Shown here: piece after piece, positions 1 through 13,285 of the stretch | How positions within the stretch are numbered: position 1 is the first letter of the stretch | Layout: the number at the start of each line of letters is the position of its first letter | From: Octopus sinensis | Taxonomy: Eukaryota | Length of the DNA: 64,000 nt | Direction: 5' to 3' | Assembly: GCF_006345805.1 (NCBI RefSeq) | Contig: NC_043018.1 | Span: 6,448,001-6,512,000 of the forward strand | Notes under the pieces: model-generated | Databases searched by the model: none | Seen by the model: only the letters and a program-made list of their open reading frames with translations | What the model was told of the DNA's origin: nothing | Position numbers and translations under genes: made by a program

Positions 1-414
1 CGGCAGACAAAATACTGCTAAGCATTTCGCCCGGCGTGCTAACGTTTCTGACCAACCCAATAGCTAAGACTGAAGGCAAAAACCAGTAGGTCCTCAGAGA
101 CCATATGATTGATATGGTTAAAATTTCTCTTGGACATGTGTGTCACAAGGTGTCGTGGAGGCCCAGGGTGGGGGGTCAGAATTGTTGATTGCAAACTCTG
201 GTAACTAAGGACTGGACACAGTGAATACTGAAGGGTCTTAGGTGTTGAGGGAGATGGGCATGAGGAGGTGTTAAGAGCAAGTTTATTGTATTGGCTATTG
301 TAGTAGTAGTAGTAGTAGAAAGAAATAGGGGACAATGTGGAGCAGAAGATGGAGAATATTAGGGACATATCAATGTGCTCACAGTGTGTGTGTGAGCGTG
401 CATGAATGCATGTA

Positions 415-449
<35 letters not shown>

Positions 450-470
450 TCATATACTCTCTCCCTCTTT

Positions 471-674
471 TACTTGTTTCAGTCATTTGACTGGGCCATG
501 CTAGAGCACCGCCTTTAATCGAGCAACTCGACCCCGGGACTTATTCTTTTGTAAGCCCAGTACTTATTCTATCGGTCTCTTTTGCCGAACTGCTAAGTGA
601 CGGGGACATAAACACCCCAGCATCGGTTGTCAAGTAATGCTAGGGGGACAATCACAGACACACAAACACACACA

Positions 675-705
<31 letters not shown>

Positions 706-863
706 GACAGGCTTCTTTCAGTTTCCGTCTACCAAATCCACTCACAAGGCTTTGGTTGGCCCGAGGCTATAGTAGAAGACACTTGCCCAAGGTGCCATGC
801 AGTGGGACTGAACCTGGAACCATGTGGTTGGTAAACAAGCTGCTTACCACACAGCCACTCCTA
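471..863 (-). mobile_element. SINE family A (tRNA-headed, CORE-like middle, internal (TA)n/(TG)n, AAAAGAG tail); near full-length copy
   Basis: Reverse complement of the head GGAGTGGCTGTGTGGTAAG...GGTTCAGTCCCACTG (A/B-box-like) through ...ATGACTGAAACAAGTAAAAGAG. More than 30 copies or fragments occur in the window. Resembles published octopus tRNA-derived SINEs (OK/OR1/OR2 group); exact family not assigned. Confidence 0.9.
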
Positions 864-1479
864 TGGACATAAGGGAGTAATTTTTTGTTTGTGTGTATGT
901 ATGTATACATATGTGTGTGTGTGTGTGTATACACATACTGTGCTATAAGTTATTTCCCAAATTAAAAGTGCAACAAGGACAAGCTATATATATATATGTA
1001 TACACATGCATGTCTATGTGTAGGCGTGTGTGTGTGTGCACATGCATGCATGTGTAGGTGTATGTATATAGGTGTGTGTGTATGTTCTAGCATGTGTATT
1101 TCAGTGGGGGCTGTGTGTGAAACAATGATAAAAGAAAGGGTTTGGTCCTTTAAAAAGTCAGCAGTCATCTGGGGCATCTGTTTTATGTCATGGCTGATTT
1201 GACTTTGGGGCTGTAGTGATGGCGGTGGTTGTTGTTGTTGTTCTTGTTGTTGGTGATGGAGGTGGTGGTGGTGTTTAAGAGTCTGAAGTGGTCAGGGAGG
1301 GGTTTCATATGTAGTGTTTGTGTGTGTGTGTGTGGGGGATTTTCTGTGTAATGCTGGTGTGTGTGTCTGTGTGAATATATACTTGTTTGTGTGTGTACGT
1401 GTGGTGTGTACAGGAATGTATGTATATATAAAGTGTATTGTAATATAGAAGTATGTGTGAGTGCTTAAGTTTGAAAGAA

Positions 1480-1737
1480 GGTGTGTGTGTATATAAGATA
1501 TATATATATGTATGTATGTATATATGTATGTATGTATATATGTATGTATGTATAAATGTATGTATGTATAAATGTATGTATGTATATATGTATGTATGTA
1601 TATATATATATGTATGTATATGTATGTATATATATATATATGTATGTATACATATGTATATATATGTGTATATATATATGTATGTGTATATATATGTATG
1701 TATATATATATATGTATGTTATATATGTAGGTCTATA
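1480..1737. repeat. Compound (TA)n/(TATG)n microsatellite
   Basis: Direct reading; source of the YI/CM-rich spurious ORFs. Confidence 0.95.
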
Positions 1738-2394
1738 TATAAGTGGTATCTATAAAAATGTGGGTTTCTGCAGCTTGGCTGAGTGTGTATGTAAACCACC
1801 CTCCTACTCGCGCCATTTATTATCAACAAGTGCTAAGCAGAAGGAGTCTTGTACAATTCCATTGTTAGAAGAACCTTGGTGATGTCAGCCTCTTTTAAAA
1901 TTTCCCTCCTTCATGTCAGCCCTACATCAGTCAGTCGCTGCTATTTCTTGCTCTTGCGGTCCTTAAAGGACTGTCCTCCTCCAACGGAGTTAGTTAATAA
2001 TAATAATAATAATGATGTTGTTGTTATTATTACTCTTACCATTACTTTTAACACTCTTCATCTGTTATCGGCGCTATCATCGTCACCGTCACCACCATCC
2101 TCATCATCATCATCATCATTCACATCATCTCTGGTAATTATTTTTATTCATTTAATCTTTTTGTTTTGTTGGGTTTTTTTGCCAAGTGGTTTTTTTCTGT
2201 GTATAGGGGCAGGGGGGGTATGTATTAATTATTGCAATTCTTTTGTTTTTATCCCACCCACCCCCTTATGTCAACTGCCTTGTTAGGAGGTGGGGATGGT
2301 ATCACCTCTTACCCACCTCCACCCTTGCTTCTGACCTTCCCCACTCCTTTTCTACATGTCTCTTCATTTCTCTCTCTCATATATATACACTTAC

Positions 2395-2542
2395 ACTTAT
2401 TCTTTGTAAGCCCAGTACTTATTCTATCGGTCTCTTTTGCCGAACCGCTAAGTGACGGGGACGTAAAACACCAGCATCGGCTGTCAAGCAATGCTAGGGA
2501 AACAAACACAGATACACAACACACACACACACACACATATAT

Positions 2543-2617
<75 letters not shown>

Positions 2618-2626
2618 AATATATAC

Positions 2627-2676
<50 letters not shown>

Positions 2677-2841
2677 TACGATGGGCTTCTTTCAGTTTCC
2701 GTCTCCCAAATCCACTCACAAGGCTTTGGTCAGCCCAAGTCTATAGTAGAAAACACTTGCTCAAGGTGCCACGCAGTGGGACTGAACCCGCAACCATGTG
2801 GTTGGTTAGCAAGCTACTTACCACACAGCCACTCCTGCGCC
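2395..2841 (-). mobile_element. SINE family A copy with expanded internal (TA)n
   Basis: Same head and body as 471-863. Confidence 0.88.
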
Positions 2842-2858
2842 GATATATATATATATTT

Positions 2859-2892
<34 letters not shown>

Positions 2893-3709
2893 GTATATAA
2901 AACACACACATACACACGCATATATATAGGCATGGATTCTAAGATGCCTTGAATCTTGGCTTTCCAGTCATGCTCACAGTGCCACTTGGGCCACCCTGGG
3001 GCTGTTGATCTTGATACGCTTGAACAATTGAGCAGGGTGACTATTATATTGTGCCATTTTTAGGATCATGAATAGTTTTGGTTTTGTATTTGGTTTGCAA
3101 GATTCTTGATGCGAAATACTACAGATTGTGGTGTATTTTGGGAGGGCCATACTGCCAATAATGAGTACACACACACACACACTGCTTCTGCTTCGCTTCT
3201 TTTATTATTATTATTATTAGTAGTAGTAGTAGTAGTAGTCAGCCATTGTATGCCAGGTAAAATGGTTAGTGGCTCCTTTCTTCACCCCCCCCCCTCACTC
3301 CAAAGAATAGAGAAGGCTTTTCTGATGATTGTTTAAGTTTACTGTTCGTGATATTGTCAGATTTATGATAAGCAATATCTCATGAGGCCTCCTATTAGAA
3401 AAAATATTGCCTGTGAAATGTTCTATGTAGTTGTTGACTTGCTAGAAATAACAGCCAAAATTTTTCTCCAATTCACATCCAAATATCTAAAACAAATATG
3501 GGAAAAGAAAAAAAAGAAAAGGACACAAGGAATGTTGTAGTGCTGGATATTAACCATCATTGTCATCATTTAATGTCTGTGTTCCATGCTGGTATGGGTT
3601 GGATGATTTGATGAGGATCCAGTGAGTTGAAGGACTGCATCATGCACCAATATCTGCTTTTGCATGGTTCCTATGTCTGGATGCCCTTCCTAATGCCACA
3701 TCCTTCGTG

Positions 3710-4110
3710 TCCGATGGCATCACTTTGTCTTCAACAATTCGGTGCGACACCAGTGCAGAATCACCTCCCTCAGACAAGTCATCCTAATGAGGCGTCTGCG
3801 TTGGCTGGGTCATGCCCTCCATCATCAACCAGTAGAATTCATCTATGAAGCAATTGCCCCAGCTCCCCTTCAGGGTTGGCGAAAGCGATGTGATGGACAA
3901 CGAAAAACCTGGCTGATGACAGTCAAGGCTGATCTGGAACCCAACCTGGGCCCCCATATCTACGGCGTTCGCCGCTGGAATAGGGAGTGGTTGGAGATCA
4001 CGCGGTCGTTAGCCTCAAATCGCCAGGCCTGGTCAGCGTTTGTGAGAGATGCTGCATTGAGGATGAATGAAACCAGCTCAACCCACCCCGGGTGAATGCT
4101 GTCAAGTCAA
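3710..4110 (+). mobile_element. RTE-clade LINE, 3' end of ORF2 plus short tail (5'-truncated)
   Basis: Translation RRLRWLGHAL...GWRKRCDGQRKTWLMTVKADLE...ASNRQAWSAFVRDA is typical of the RTE ORF2 C-terminus; ends in a (TCAAG)-type tail; near-identical second copy at 17262-17511. Confidence 0.85.
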
Positions 4111-4285
4111 GTGTAATGCCAACTACTTGACATAGTGTACTGGGTATTTTTCTTGTGTCGGTGGCCCTAGTGAGGTTTCCATGCAGCTTGCTTGTCTACA
4201 CAACACAAGGATGGGTGGCATGTCCATATGTTAGGAGAGAAGCAGATTGGGGTGGAAGCAGATTTTTGATGAAAAGGAAATAAAT

Positions 4286-4672
4286 AGGTGTAGGAGTGGC
4301 TATGTGGTAAGTAGCTTGCTTATGAACCACATGGTTCTGGGTTCAGTCCCACTGCGTGGCACCTTGGGCAAGTGTCTTCTACTATAGCCTCCGGCCGACC
4401 AAAGCCTTGTGAGTGGATTTGGTAGATGGAAACTGAAAGAAGCCCGTCGTATATATATATATGTGTGTATGTTTGTGTGTTTTGTTTGCCCCTCCCCCAG
4501 CATTGCTTGACAACCGATGCTGGTGTGTTTACGTCCCCGTAACTTAGCGGTTCGGCAAAAGAAACTGATAGAATAAGTTCTAGGCTTACAAAGAATAAGT
4601 CCTGGGGTCGGAATGCTCGACTTAAGGCGGTGCTCCAGCATGGCGACAGTCAAATGACTGAAACAAGTAAAT
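4286..4672 (+). mobile_element. SINE family A copy
   Basis: Full head-to-tail match to the family consensus seen in the window. Confidence 0.9.
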
Positions 4673-4892
4673 GAAAAATGAATAAATGAAAAATGGCTGA
4701 AAAATATAATAATAATAATAATAAAAACGATTAAATATCTGTATGATGATCAAGGCTATACTACTTTTGATCATATTTGCTGTATCAAATTAGCCTGGGG
4801 TTAAATGGCAACAGCAATATTTTATTCCGGATTAAATTTTCTTTTGTTTCCTCTTTACTAGAGAAAAAAAGTTGTCTGTGCCTGGTATAGAC

Positions 4893-5612
4893 CAGTGGTT
4901 CTCGACTGAAGCCCATATAAGATTTTTGGGGGTTCATGCAGCAAAATAGTAAGTTGGGGGTCCAAAATAGTATTTTAAGGACCACTGAAAAATATTTGCT
5001 TTACATGTATATATTGCATGAAACAGCTAGGCTTCTTTCTCTTACGTTATAAAAAGTTCAACCTACAAAAGTGAATATATAGGTGTAGGAGTGGCTGTGT
5101 GGTAAGTAGCTTGCTTACTAACCACGTGGTTCTGGGTTCAGTCCCACTGCGTGGCACCTTGGGCAAGTGTCTTCTACTATAGCCTCGGGCCGACTAAAGC
5201 CTTTTGAGTGGATTTGGTAGACAAAGTGAAAGAAGCCCGTCGTATATATGTACGTGTGTGTGTGTGTACATGTTTGTGTGTCTGTGTTTGTTCCCCCAAC
5301 ATCACTTGACAACCGATGCTGGTGTGTTTATGTCTCTGTAACTTAGTGGTTCAGCAAAAGAGACTGATAGAATAAGTACTAGGCTTACAAAGAATAAGTC
5401 CTTGGGTTGATTTGCTCAGCTAAAGGCAGTGCTCCAGCATGGCCACAGTCAAATGACAAAGAATTAAAGGAGTATGTGAAAAACAAAATAGGAATTTTGA
5501 AAGAAGTTTCTATAAAACTAGTTTGTAAGCATCAAATGGTTATAAGGGTCCACCAGAATAAAATAGCAATCAAAAGGGTCCATAGATAAAGAAATGGTTA
5601 GAGAAACCCTTG
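4893..5612. mobile_element. hAT (Charlie-like) MITE with nested SINE A (about 5080-5470)
   Basis: Left end CAGTGGTTCTCGAC, degenerate right end GGTTAGAGAAACCC. Flanks GTATAGAC/CTTTAGAT fit the NTCTAGAN Charlie target preference. Related ends at ~6200-6322, ~49780-49845 (GGTTGAGAACCACTG) and ~50270-50335. Confidence 0.6.
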
Positions 5613-5694
5613 CTTTAGATGTATGTATTGCAAAGAAACGGCTTGGTTTCTTTCTGTAATGTTTTACATCATTAAACCTACACAAGTTAATGTC

Positions 5695-6190
5695 ATCATC
5701 ATCATCGTTTAACGTCCGCTTTCCATGCTAGCATGAGTTGGACGAATGACTGAGGGCTGGCGAACCAGACTGCCGCACCAGGCTCCAATCTCGATCTGGC
5801 AGAGTTTCTACATCTGGATGCCCTTCCTAACGCCAACCACTCCGAGAGTGTAGTGGGTGCTTTTTACGTGCCACCGGTATGGGGGCCAGTCAGGCGGTAC
5901 TGGCAATGACCTCGCTCGAATCTTTTTACATGTACCACCAGCACAGGTGCCAGTAAGGTGATGTTGGTAATGATCATGCTCGAATGGTGCCCTTTTACGT
6001 GCCACCGGCACGGAGCCAGTTGGCTGCTCTGGCAACGATCACGCTCAGATGATGCTCTTGGCACCCTACTAGCACGGGCACAAGTGCCAGTAAGGTGACG
6101 TTGGTAACAATCACACTCGAATGGTGCCCTTTTACATGCCACCGGCACGGAAACCAGTTGGCTGCTTTGGCAACAATCACGCTCGGATGA
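5695..6190 (-). mobile_element. SINE-like family D ((GAT)n tail) with internal tandem GTGCCGGTGGCACGTAAAA-type repeats
   Basis: Tail CATGGAAAGCGGACGTTAAACGATGATGATG. Other copies at 9640-9998(+), 14498-14786(+), 31033-31322(+), 45508-45755(-), 46735-46980(+), 49945-50215(+). Confidence 0.8.
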
Positions 6191-6379
6191 GTGCAAAAAC
6201 AAATTGGGAATTTTGAAAGCAGTTTCTATAGAACTAGTTTTTAAGCATTGATTGACTATGGAGGTCTACCAGACTGAAATAACAACCAAAGCAGTCTGTA
6301 GGTAAAATAATGGTTGAGAACCTTTGGTCTAAACAAACCTGTTGATCAACTGACAGATCTTTTTCTTGCTTATAGAACA

Positions 6380-6736
6380 CTAGCACGTTACCGGGTCACA
6401 GTGCTAGCGCATGCATATACAGCTGCATGCATGTGCACATACATGCGAGTACTGTCCAAATCGCCGACCAATCACATACAGCTAGCTGGCATTCAATTGG
6501 CGTATCAAGTTTCGGGCATTTTGATTGGGTTTTGGATAGAAAATTCACAAAAAAGTCACTTCTATTGGTTTTTTAATGGCTTTGCTGGGTGACTGGGGAA
6601 ATGTAAAGATGTGCACAACCACCCTTGGACGGTTTTGAATGACCATAGAAAGTGCGAGCCCTCTAACTGAAAAATTGTGGATTTGTATAACGGACACACA
6701 CGCAGACAGACATTTTGCCGTTTATATATAGAGAGA
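6380..6736 (-). mobile_element. Non-autonomous Helitron with both termini (357 bp)
   Basis: On the - strand: A|TCTCTCTATATATAAA...GCTAGCACTGTGACCCGGTAACGTGCTAG|T. This gives a 5' TC, a subterminal hairpin, a 3' CTAG and an A/T target with no TSD. Second copy at 18467. Confidence 0.8.
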
Positions 6737-7141
6737 TTTCAGGACGGTATTGATCCAGTTGTGTTTAATCTAAATTGAGAACAGAAAGTCATTCAGCTGT
6801 GAAAAATTAATTGATCCAATGAGGGATTGGGGTGAGGGTGATGAATGCAATGAATTATTGTTGCTATCGTACATTACTGACATATGTTGAATATAGGCCC
6901 ATGATAGTGTTGTTCTTGTTGTTGGTATTGTTACTTAGTTCCAGACTCGTCCTGATCAAGTAAACATTGTCAGAGACGTTGCAGCTGTGACCATTTTGTC
7001 TTTTTGCATATCCTAGAATACATTTTTTTTTATATGATTTTGTCTCAACCAAGGCTTGAGGCCCCATTTTAATGTAAGGGACCTCAAAGAAGGAAAAGGC
7101 GCCTATAAATTCAAAATATGCTGATTTAATAGAAAGTTTAA

Positions 7142-7334
7142 CCCTTTAGCATTCAGATTATTATGTCAAATGTAATGCTCATTCATTCATGTGGTAAGAA
7201 GCTTACTTCCCAACCACATGGTTCCAGGTTCAGTCCCACTGTATGGCACCTTCAACAAGTGTCATCTACTATATCCTTGGGTCGACCATGGCCTTGTGAG
7301 TGGATTTGGTAGACGGAAACTGAAAGAAGTTCAT

Positions 7335-7387
<53 letters not shown>

Positions 7388-7785
7388 CATATTTTATGTG
7401 TACCTTTGTATCTGTGTTTATCCCCCCATCACCACTTGTCAACTGGTGTTGGTGTGTTTGCATCCCTGTAGCTTGGTGGTTTGGCAAAAGAGACTGATAG
7501 AATAAGTACTAGGCTTTAAAAAGTAAGTCCCGGGGTTGATTTGTTCAACTAAAACCTTTCAAAGCGCTGCTCCAGCATGGCTGCAGCCAAATGGCTGAAA
7601 CAAGTAAAAGAATTATAATGAAGTGATCGTGAATTATCTTGTAGCTTTGAGATTTCAATGATGTGATTGTTTTTTTTTTTTTAAATGACATTGTAGGGTA
7701 TGTGTGAGAGGCCAAATAAGGCAAGCTTGATTATGAAAGAAATTGAATATTTGGGTCGGATATGGCCAGTTTGAATACTAGAGGG
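7142..7785. mobile_element. piggyBac-like MITE (TTAA|CCCT...AGGG) with nested SINE A (about 7190-7615)
   Basis: TTAA at 7138-7141 followed by CCCTTTAGCAT; internal sequence shared with the copies at 15985, 53931, 56310 and 57055. Confidence 0.7.
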
Positions 7786-8220
7786 CTACAGGTTGGAATA
7801 GAGGCAAACAAGATGGTGGTAGTGAGTCTGAGGAAAGAAGCTATTAGAATAAAATGGACTTATGAGTAACAGGACGTTTGACAGAGAAATGATTTGCCTG
7901 AGAAGAGACCCAAGTGACAGGTTTAAAGGACTTGACAAAGGGTACTATAGATAAGAAAGGTCGTGTGCAATAACCATGGTAATACTTATAGAAAAGACAC
8001 AATGAAGATAAATAAATTTCAGTGATGTGTCAAAGACCCCAGGTCATTAGAAAGAAGAGGAACCACTTCCAAGTGTTAACTTGGTTCTGAATTTGAAAAG
8101 AAGACAGTGGTAATGAATTAAGATAGAAATACACAGGAAAATGCGTAAATAACCGACATTAAAAATACCAAAAAAGAAAAAAAAAATCTTTTAAGATATT
8201 CATCATAGAAAAGTGATGAT

Positions 8221-8253
<33 letters not shown>

Positions 8254-9184
8254 TCATATGTATATTAGTGCTGTAGTTTTACATACATATGAATATACGA
8301 GTCTGTGTAAATTGGTCTATACATATACACCATATATGTATATGAAAAAATATATATATATATATTGTTTTTAAACAAGAATGCTATTGATAGTGGCTTC
8401 GAAGTTTCGGTCAGTGACTTCGAAGTCATTGTCAAGAAAATTATTCCTTAAGAATAATTAATTTGTATCTACAAAATTGTAGAGTAACTTTTCAAATTTA
8501 TTTCCTTTTCAATAATGATTTCAGGCCAAGCAAATTGTAGAAAGTACACATGGAGATATTTACTGTAAATACACGTTAGTGTCGAAAACTGACAAATAAA
8601 GAAGCATCAAATACACCAAAGAGTACAATACAGACTGTGACTCATGGATATATTTATAGAGGACATACGCACGATAGAGTACAGGCTGACACTGACATTT
8701 ATAGTAGATATGCAACACATGATAGAGTACAGTGTGCCCTGACACATGGAGACGTAGTAAATACACATGATGGAGTATAGTAAAGACGGAATATGGAGAA
8801 GCGTATGGAGTGCCACATGGAAGTGTTTAGAGAAGACATGCAAGGTGTAGCACAGTAATGGAGCCGTATATAACGAGATATAAAATGAAAGAAAGATGAG
8901 TGCAGCAGTTTGAGGAAAGAAGCTTTTAGAATACAAGTATCTATGACTAACAGGAAGCTCGATAGAGAAATGTGGTGCCCGGGAAGAAAAGCGAGTGTTA
9001 GGTTAAAGATCTTGACAGATGGTACAAGACCAGGAAGTTCATCATCATCATCATCATCGTCGTCATTATATGTCCACTTTCCATGCTGTCATGGGTTAGA
9101 CAGTTTGATCGGAACTGGTAAGCCAGAGGGCTGCACTAGGTTCCAGTCTGGTTTAGCATGGTTTCTACAGCTGGATGCCCTTCC

Positions 9185-9415
9185 TATTTCTTTACTACCC
9201 ACAAGGGGTTAAACATAGAGAGGACAAACAAGGACAGACAAACGGATTAAGTCGATTATATCGACCCCAGTGTGTAGCTGGTACTTATTTAATCAACCCC
9301 AAAAGGATGAAAGGCAAAGTCGACCTCGGCGGAATTTGAACTCAGAACGTAGCGGCAGACGAAATACCGCTAAGCATTTCGTCCGGTGTGCTAACGTTTC
9401 TGCCAGCTCGCCGCC
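9185..9415 (-). mobile_element. SINE family B (head GGCGAGCTGGCAGAA; conserved GCCTTTCATCCTTTCGGGGTCGAT..AAGTACCAG central domain)
   Basis: Other copies at 1-50, 19135-19300(+), 21968-22200(+), 30735-30979(-), 34540-34700(-), 40335-41280(-), 60581-60797(-). The central domain resembles the Meta/MESC-type conserved SINE domain (from memory, unverified). Confidence 0.85.
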
Positions 9416-11524
9416 TTTCCTTCCTATTAGCAGCCACTCTGAGAGTGTAATAGGTGTTTTTATGTGCTACCACCACAGGTGCCATCTACATGACCCCAGC
9501 AACAGCCACGATTACAATACAATGGATACCACTTACATGACACTGTTCACTTGGTTTAATGAGTCTACAAATGTGCCAGAGCTCAAGTGCCTGTGGCTTG
9601 CACTATGCATTTAGGGATTTTCTCATCACTATTATCCATCCGAGCGTGATCGTTGCCAGAGCGGCTATCTGGCCTCTGTGCCGGTGGCACGTAAAAGACA
9701 CCATTTGAGCGTGATTGTTACCAACGATGCCTTACTGGTACCTGTGCCAGTGGCATGTGTAAAAGATTCAAGCGTGGTCGTTGCCAGTACTGCCTGACTG
9801 GCCCCGTGCCAGTGACAGGTAAAAGCACCCATTACTCTCACAGAGTGGTTGGCATTAGGAAGGGCACCCAGCTGTAGAAACTCTGCCAGATCAAGATTGG
9901 AGCCTGGTGCAGACATCTGGTTCGCCAGCCCTCAGTCATTCGTCCAACCCATGCTAGCATGGAAAGCGGACGTTAAACGATGATGATGATGATGATGATA
10001 TTTCAGCAAGTATTTTGACAAATCCAGTTTTGTTATACCTGAGGTGGTATAACAAAACTGGAACATGTTCAGAGTCGTCTCCCTTACTCTTTACTAAATT
10101 GATTAGAAATATTAGACACCATTGATTGGGCTAATGTTGACTTCTCCTCACTGCCTAATTATTTCTTGATAGGTTTATTTATGCTCATTGCATCATTAAA
10201 TATTGTAAGACTTGTCACAGGTGTGGCTGAGTGGTAAGAAGTTTTGCTTCCCAACCACAGGGTGGCAGTTTCAGTCCCACTGCACAGCACCTTGGGGAAG
10301 TACTTTCTACTATTCCCCTGGACTGACTAAGGCCTTGTGACTGGATTTGGTTGACATAAATTGAAAGTAGCTCATCATCTATTTACCTGTCTAAAAAATC
10401 TCTATCTGTCTGTGTCCTTGTGTTGACTTTATGTGATTCTTGTAACAATGCCTGTCACTGTCATACAAGAAATGTCATTCATTTCCAGTATTCTGCAAAA
10501 TCGTGTCTGACCATGAGTACCTTGGTTGGAAACAGGTGAGGGTTGGTGGCAAGAAAAGCACCCGGGTTTTAAGAAAATGTACCTCGAATAAACTACTCCC
10601 CCGACCCATGCAAACATGGAAAAGTGGACGTAAATCATGCGATGGTGGTTATGGTGATGATGATGATGAATCTGTGGCTATAGATTATTTTATTTTATTT
10701 TATTTCATCTAGTTTCAGCTCACGAGCTGTGGCCATGCTGGGGCACCGCCAATTGATTACTTCCGCTTTGCTAGATAGGGACCATCAGAGTTGATCTAGA
10801 GACTGTGTGTGTGATAGTGAGGGAAGAGTGGAAGGAATTGTAGAGATGCAAAGGAGTATGAAGTTGATGGGTGGAGGCACAACTGTGACAGTACACCACC
10901 ACAACTACCACATTTACCACCACCACTGCCTCCACTACTGCATCAGACCATCATCAACACCTTAATGTTGTACTACTAGCATTGCAACTACTACTACTAC
11001 TACTACTGTTGCTGCTACTGCTACTATTACATTGAAATCAATGTATTTAGGTTGAGAGGTAGAGAGAGAAACAGTGCAATGTAGATTATTACATAGACAA
11101 ATAGGTAGAGAGGTAAAGTGGGGGAGGGGTTGAATATGAGGGAGAGAGGAGGGGTGGAGTGTGTGTGTGTGTATGTGTCGGAATTGGGGAGTGTCTTGAG
11201 GTAGAGGAGAAAGCTAAAAGCAGGGAGCTGTGTGTGTGTGTGTGTATATATATCTATATATATATATATATATATATATACATACATACACACACACACA
11301 CATATATATATATATCTATATCTATATATATATATATATATTATATATACATACATACACACACACACACATATATACATATATATATACACACACACAT
11401 ATATATATATATAAATAAATAAATAAACACACACACACACACAGAGGCATAGATAAAATACACAAGTTTCCAAGTTTCTGTGCTAAAAGTGTGAAACTTG
11501 AGAGGAAATACTCCAGATTGTTGT

Positions 11525-12070
11525 TTAAATATCTCTCGCATGGTTGTTGATTATTGAGATAAAGGTTTGGTGGTGATGGTGGTGGTAGTGGTGGTAGTAG
11601 TAGTAATAATAGTGGTGGTGGTGGTGATATTTACATGCTGTAGTGAAGCACATAGTAGAGTGGTGGTGGTACGGTCGTGGTTTTGTGATGCAGTTTCTGA
11701 GGTAGCGTGCTAGTAGTGTACTCTCATGTTGTAATGTATGTTGTATAATTGTGGTTGTGGTGGTGGTAGTGGTAGTGGTGGTGATGGTCATATAGTTTTG
11801 ACAGTGGTGTCGTGGTGGTGGGGTACGTTGGTGATGGTGTTGTAGTAGTACTAGTAGTAACTGTAATGGTGGTAGTGGTGGTAGTAGTAGTGGTATGGTT
11901 GTGGTTTTGTGATGCAGTTCTGATGTGTGGTAGTAGTGTTCTCTAATTGTTATGTAATGTATGTTGTATAATTGTTGTGGTGGTCATATGGATTTTGGCA
12001 GTGATGCGATGATGGTGGCGGGGTATGTCAGTGATGGTGTTATAGTTGTGGTGGCAGTGTTAGTGGTGCA
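11525..12070. repeat. Low-complexity (GTG/TAG/GTA)n region with an internal ~100-bp module repeated at ~225-bp spacing
   Basis: Module GGTTTTGTGATGCAG...GTAATGTATGTTGTATAATTG at about 11665 and 11891. Confidence 0.8.
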
Positions 12071-12893
12071 CTGTAGTACTCGTTCTTGTTTAACCCTAGG
12101 CCAAGCTTGGTCAAACAGATCCTTGATCGTAGCCGTCCCTACCGCAACTTTCACACCTAGAGAACATCAGACCACATTATCCAATGATTTGTGGGAGATG
12201 GAGATTTGGCTGCTATTTCTAGTAAATCAAAGCCACCATGTAAAGCTCCTTGATTAGAAATGTATTGTAGTAGTAGTATTGGGTGGGTCCTCTCTCTCAT
12301 CCTAAACTTTCTCATCCACCTTGGCCCCCACTTTCTTCATTATGTTATCTGCTCTGTTCACTCAACATCAAACCACATTATCCAATGACTTGAGGAAGAT
12401 TTGGCTGTTATTTCTAGTAAATCAAAGCCACTATGTAAAGCTCCTTGATTTGTGTTGTAGTAGTGCTGGTTGGGTCCTCTCTCTCACCCTAAACTCCCTC
12501 ACCCACCCCGGCCATCACTTTCTTCTTCATTATATTATCTGCTCTAGTCACTCAAGTCTTTTCCACCCGGGTGCACATACCCCTGTTAGCTATACATAGC
12601 ACCTACCCAGGTGTTATGTGATACACAGCAGTAATAATACTCTGTTAATTACAATAGGCTGTGGCAGGGGTGGGAGGGTGGTGGTGTGTTTATGTACACA
12701 CACACATACATCATGGGAGGAGGAGGCATGGGGTGGCCTGTTTCATCTATTAGGGGTATGAGAGAGAGAGAGAGAGAGAGAGATCTGAAGTGGTATACAA
12801 ACAAGACTGCTCTTATTTCCATCTCACATCTGATGGAAATGCAGACTTGCCAATATGCACACACACATATTATCACAACTCTCAGTTCCTCTG

Positions 12894-12949
<56 letters not shown>

Positions 12950-12982
12950 ATAAAAGTAAAAGAATATATATATATATGTGAA

Positions 12983-13285
12983 GGCGCAATGGCCCAGTGG
13001 TTAGGGCAGTGGACTCGCGGTTGTAGGATTGCGGTTTCGATTCCCAGACCAGGCGTTGTGAGTGTTTATTGAGCGAAAACACCTAAAGCTCCATGAGGCT
13101 CCAACAGGGGTTGGTGGCAATCCCTGCCCTTACTCTTTCACCACAACTTTCTCTCACTCTTTCTTCTGTTGGCCTGCTCGCTTAGCCAGCGGGGTGGCGT
13201 CATTTGAAGGCTAAAACAATGCGAAGCGCATTGTGACCAGCGATGTGTAGCAACATCCGATAGCCTGGTCGGTCTGTCACAGTGA
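12983..13285 (+). mobile_element. SINE family C (head GCAATGGCCCAGTGGTTAGGGCAG..GGTTTCGATTCCC)
   Basis: tRNA-like A/B boxes. Copies at 45192-45483(-), 55664-55970(+, different tail), 57886-58190(-), 58775-59078(-). Confidence 0.88.

Noticed and set aside
1930-1995. Minus-strand peptide NSVGGGQSFKDRKSKK* resembling a protein C-terminus
   Set aside because: No splice acceptor upstream in frame, it abuts (AAT)n, and no supporting exons were found.
5860-6190. Repeat-spacer-like array (GTGCCGGTGGCACGTAAAA units; also 9670-9830)
   Set aside because: Superficially CRISPR-like, but the spacers are themselves repeated, the array is part of SINE family D, and the DNA is eukaryotic with no cas genes.
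7800-8160. Possible old CR1/L2 LINE fragment
   Set aside because: No reading frame or motif clear enough to support a call.
8540-8800. Degenerate ~50-bp tandem units (GATAGAGTACAG...GACACATGGAGA)
   Set aside because: An old eroded minisatellite with no coding or structural signal.
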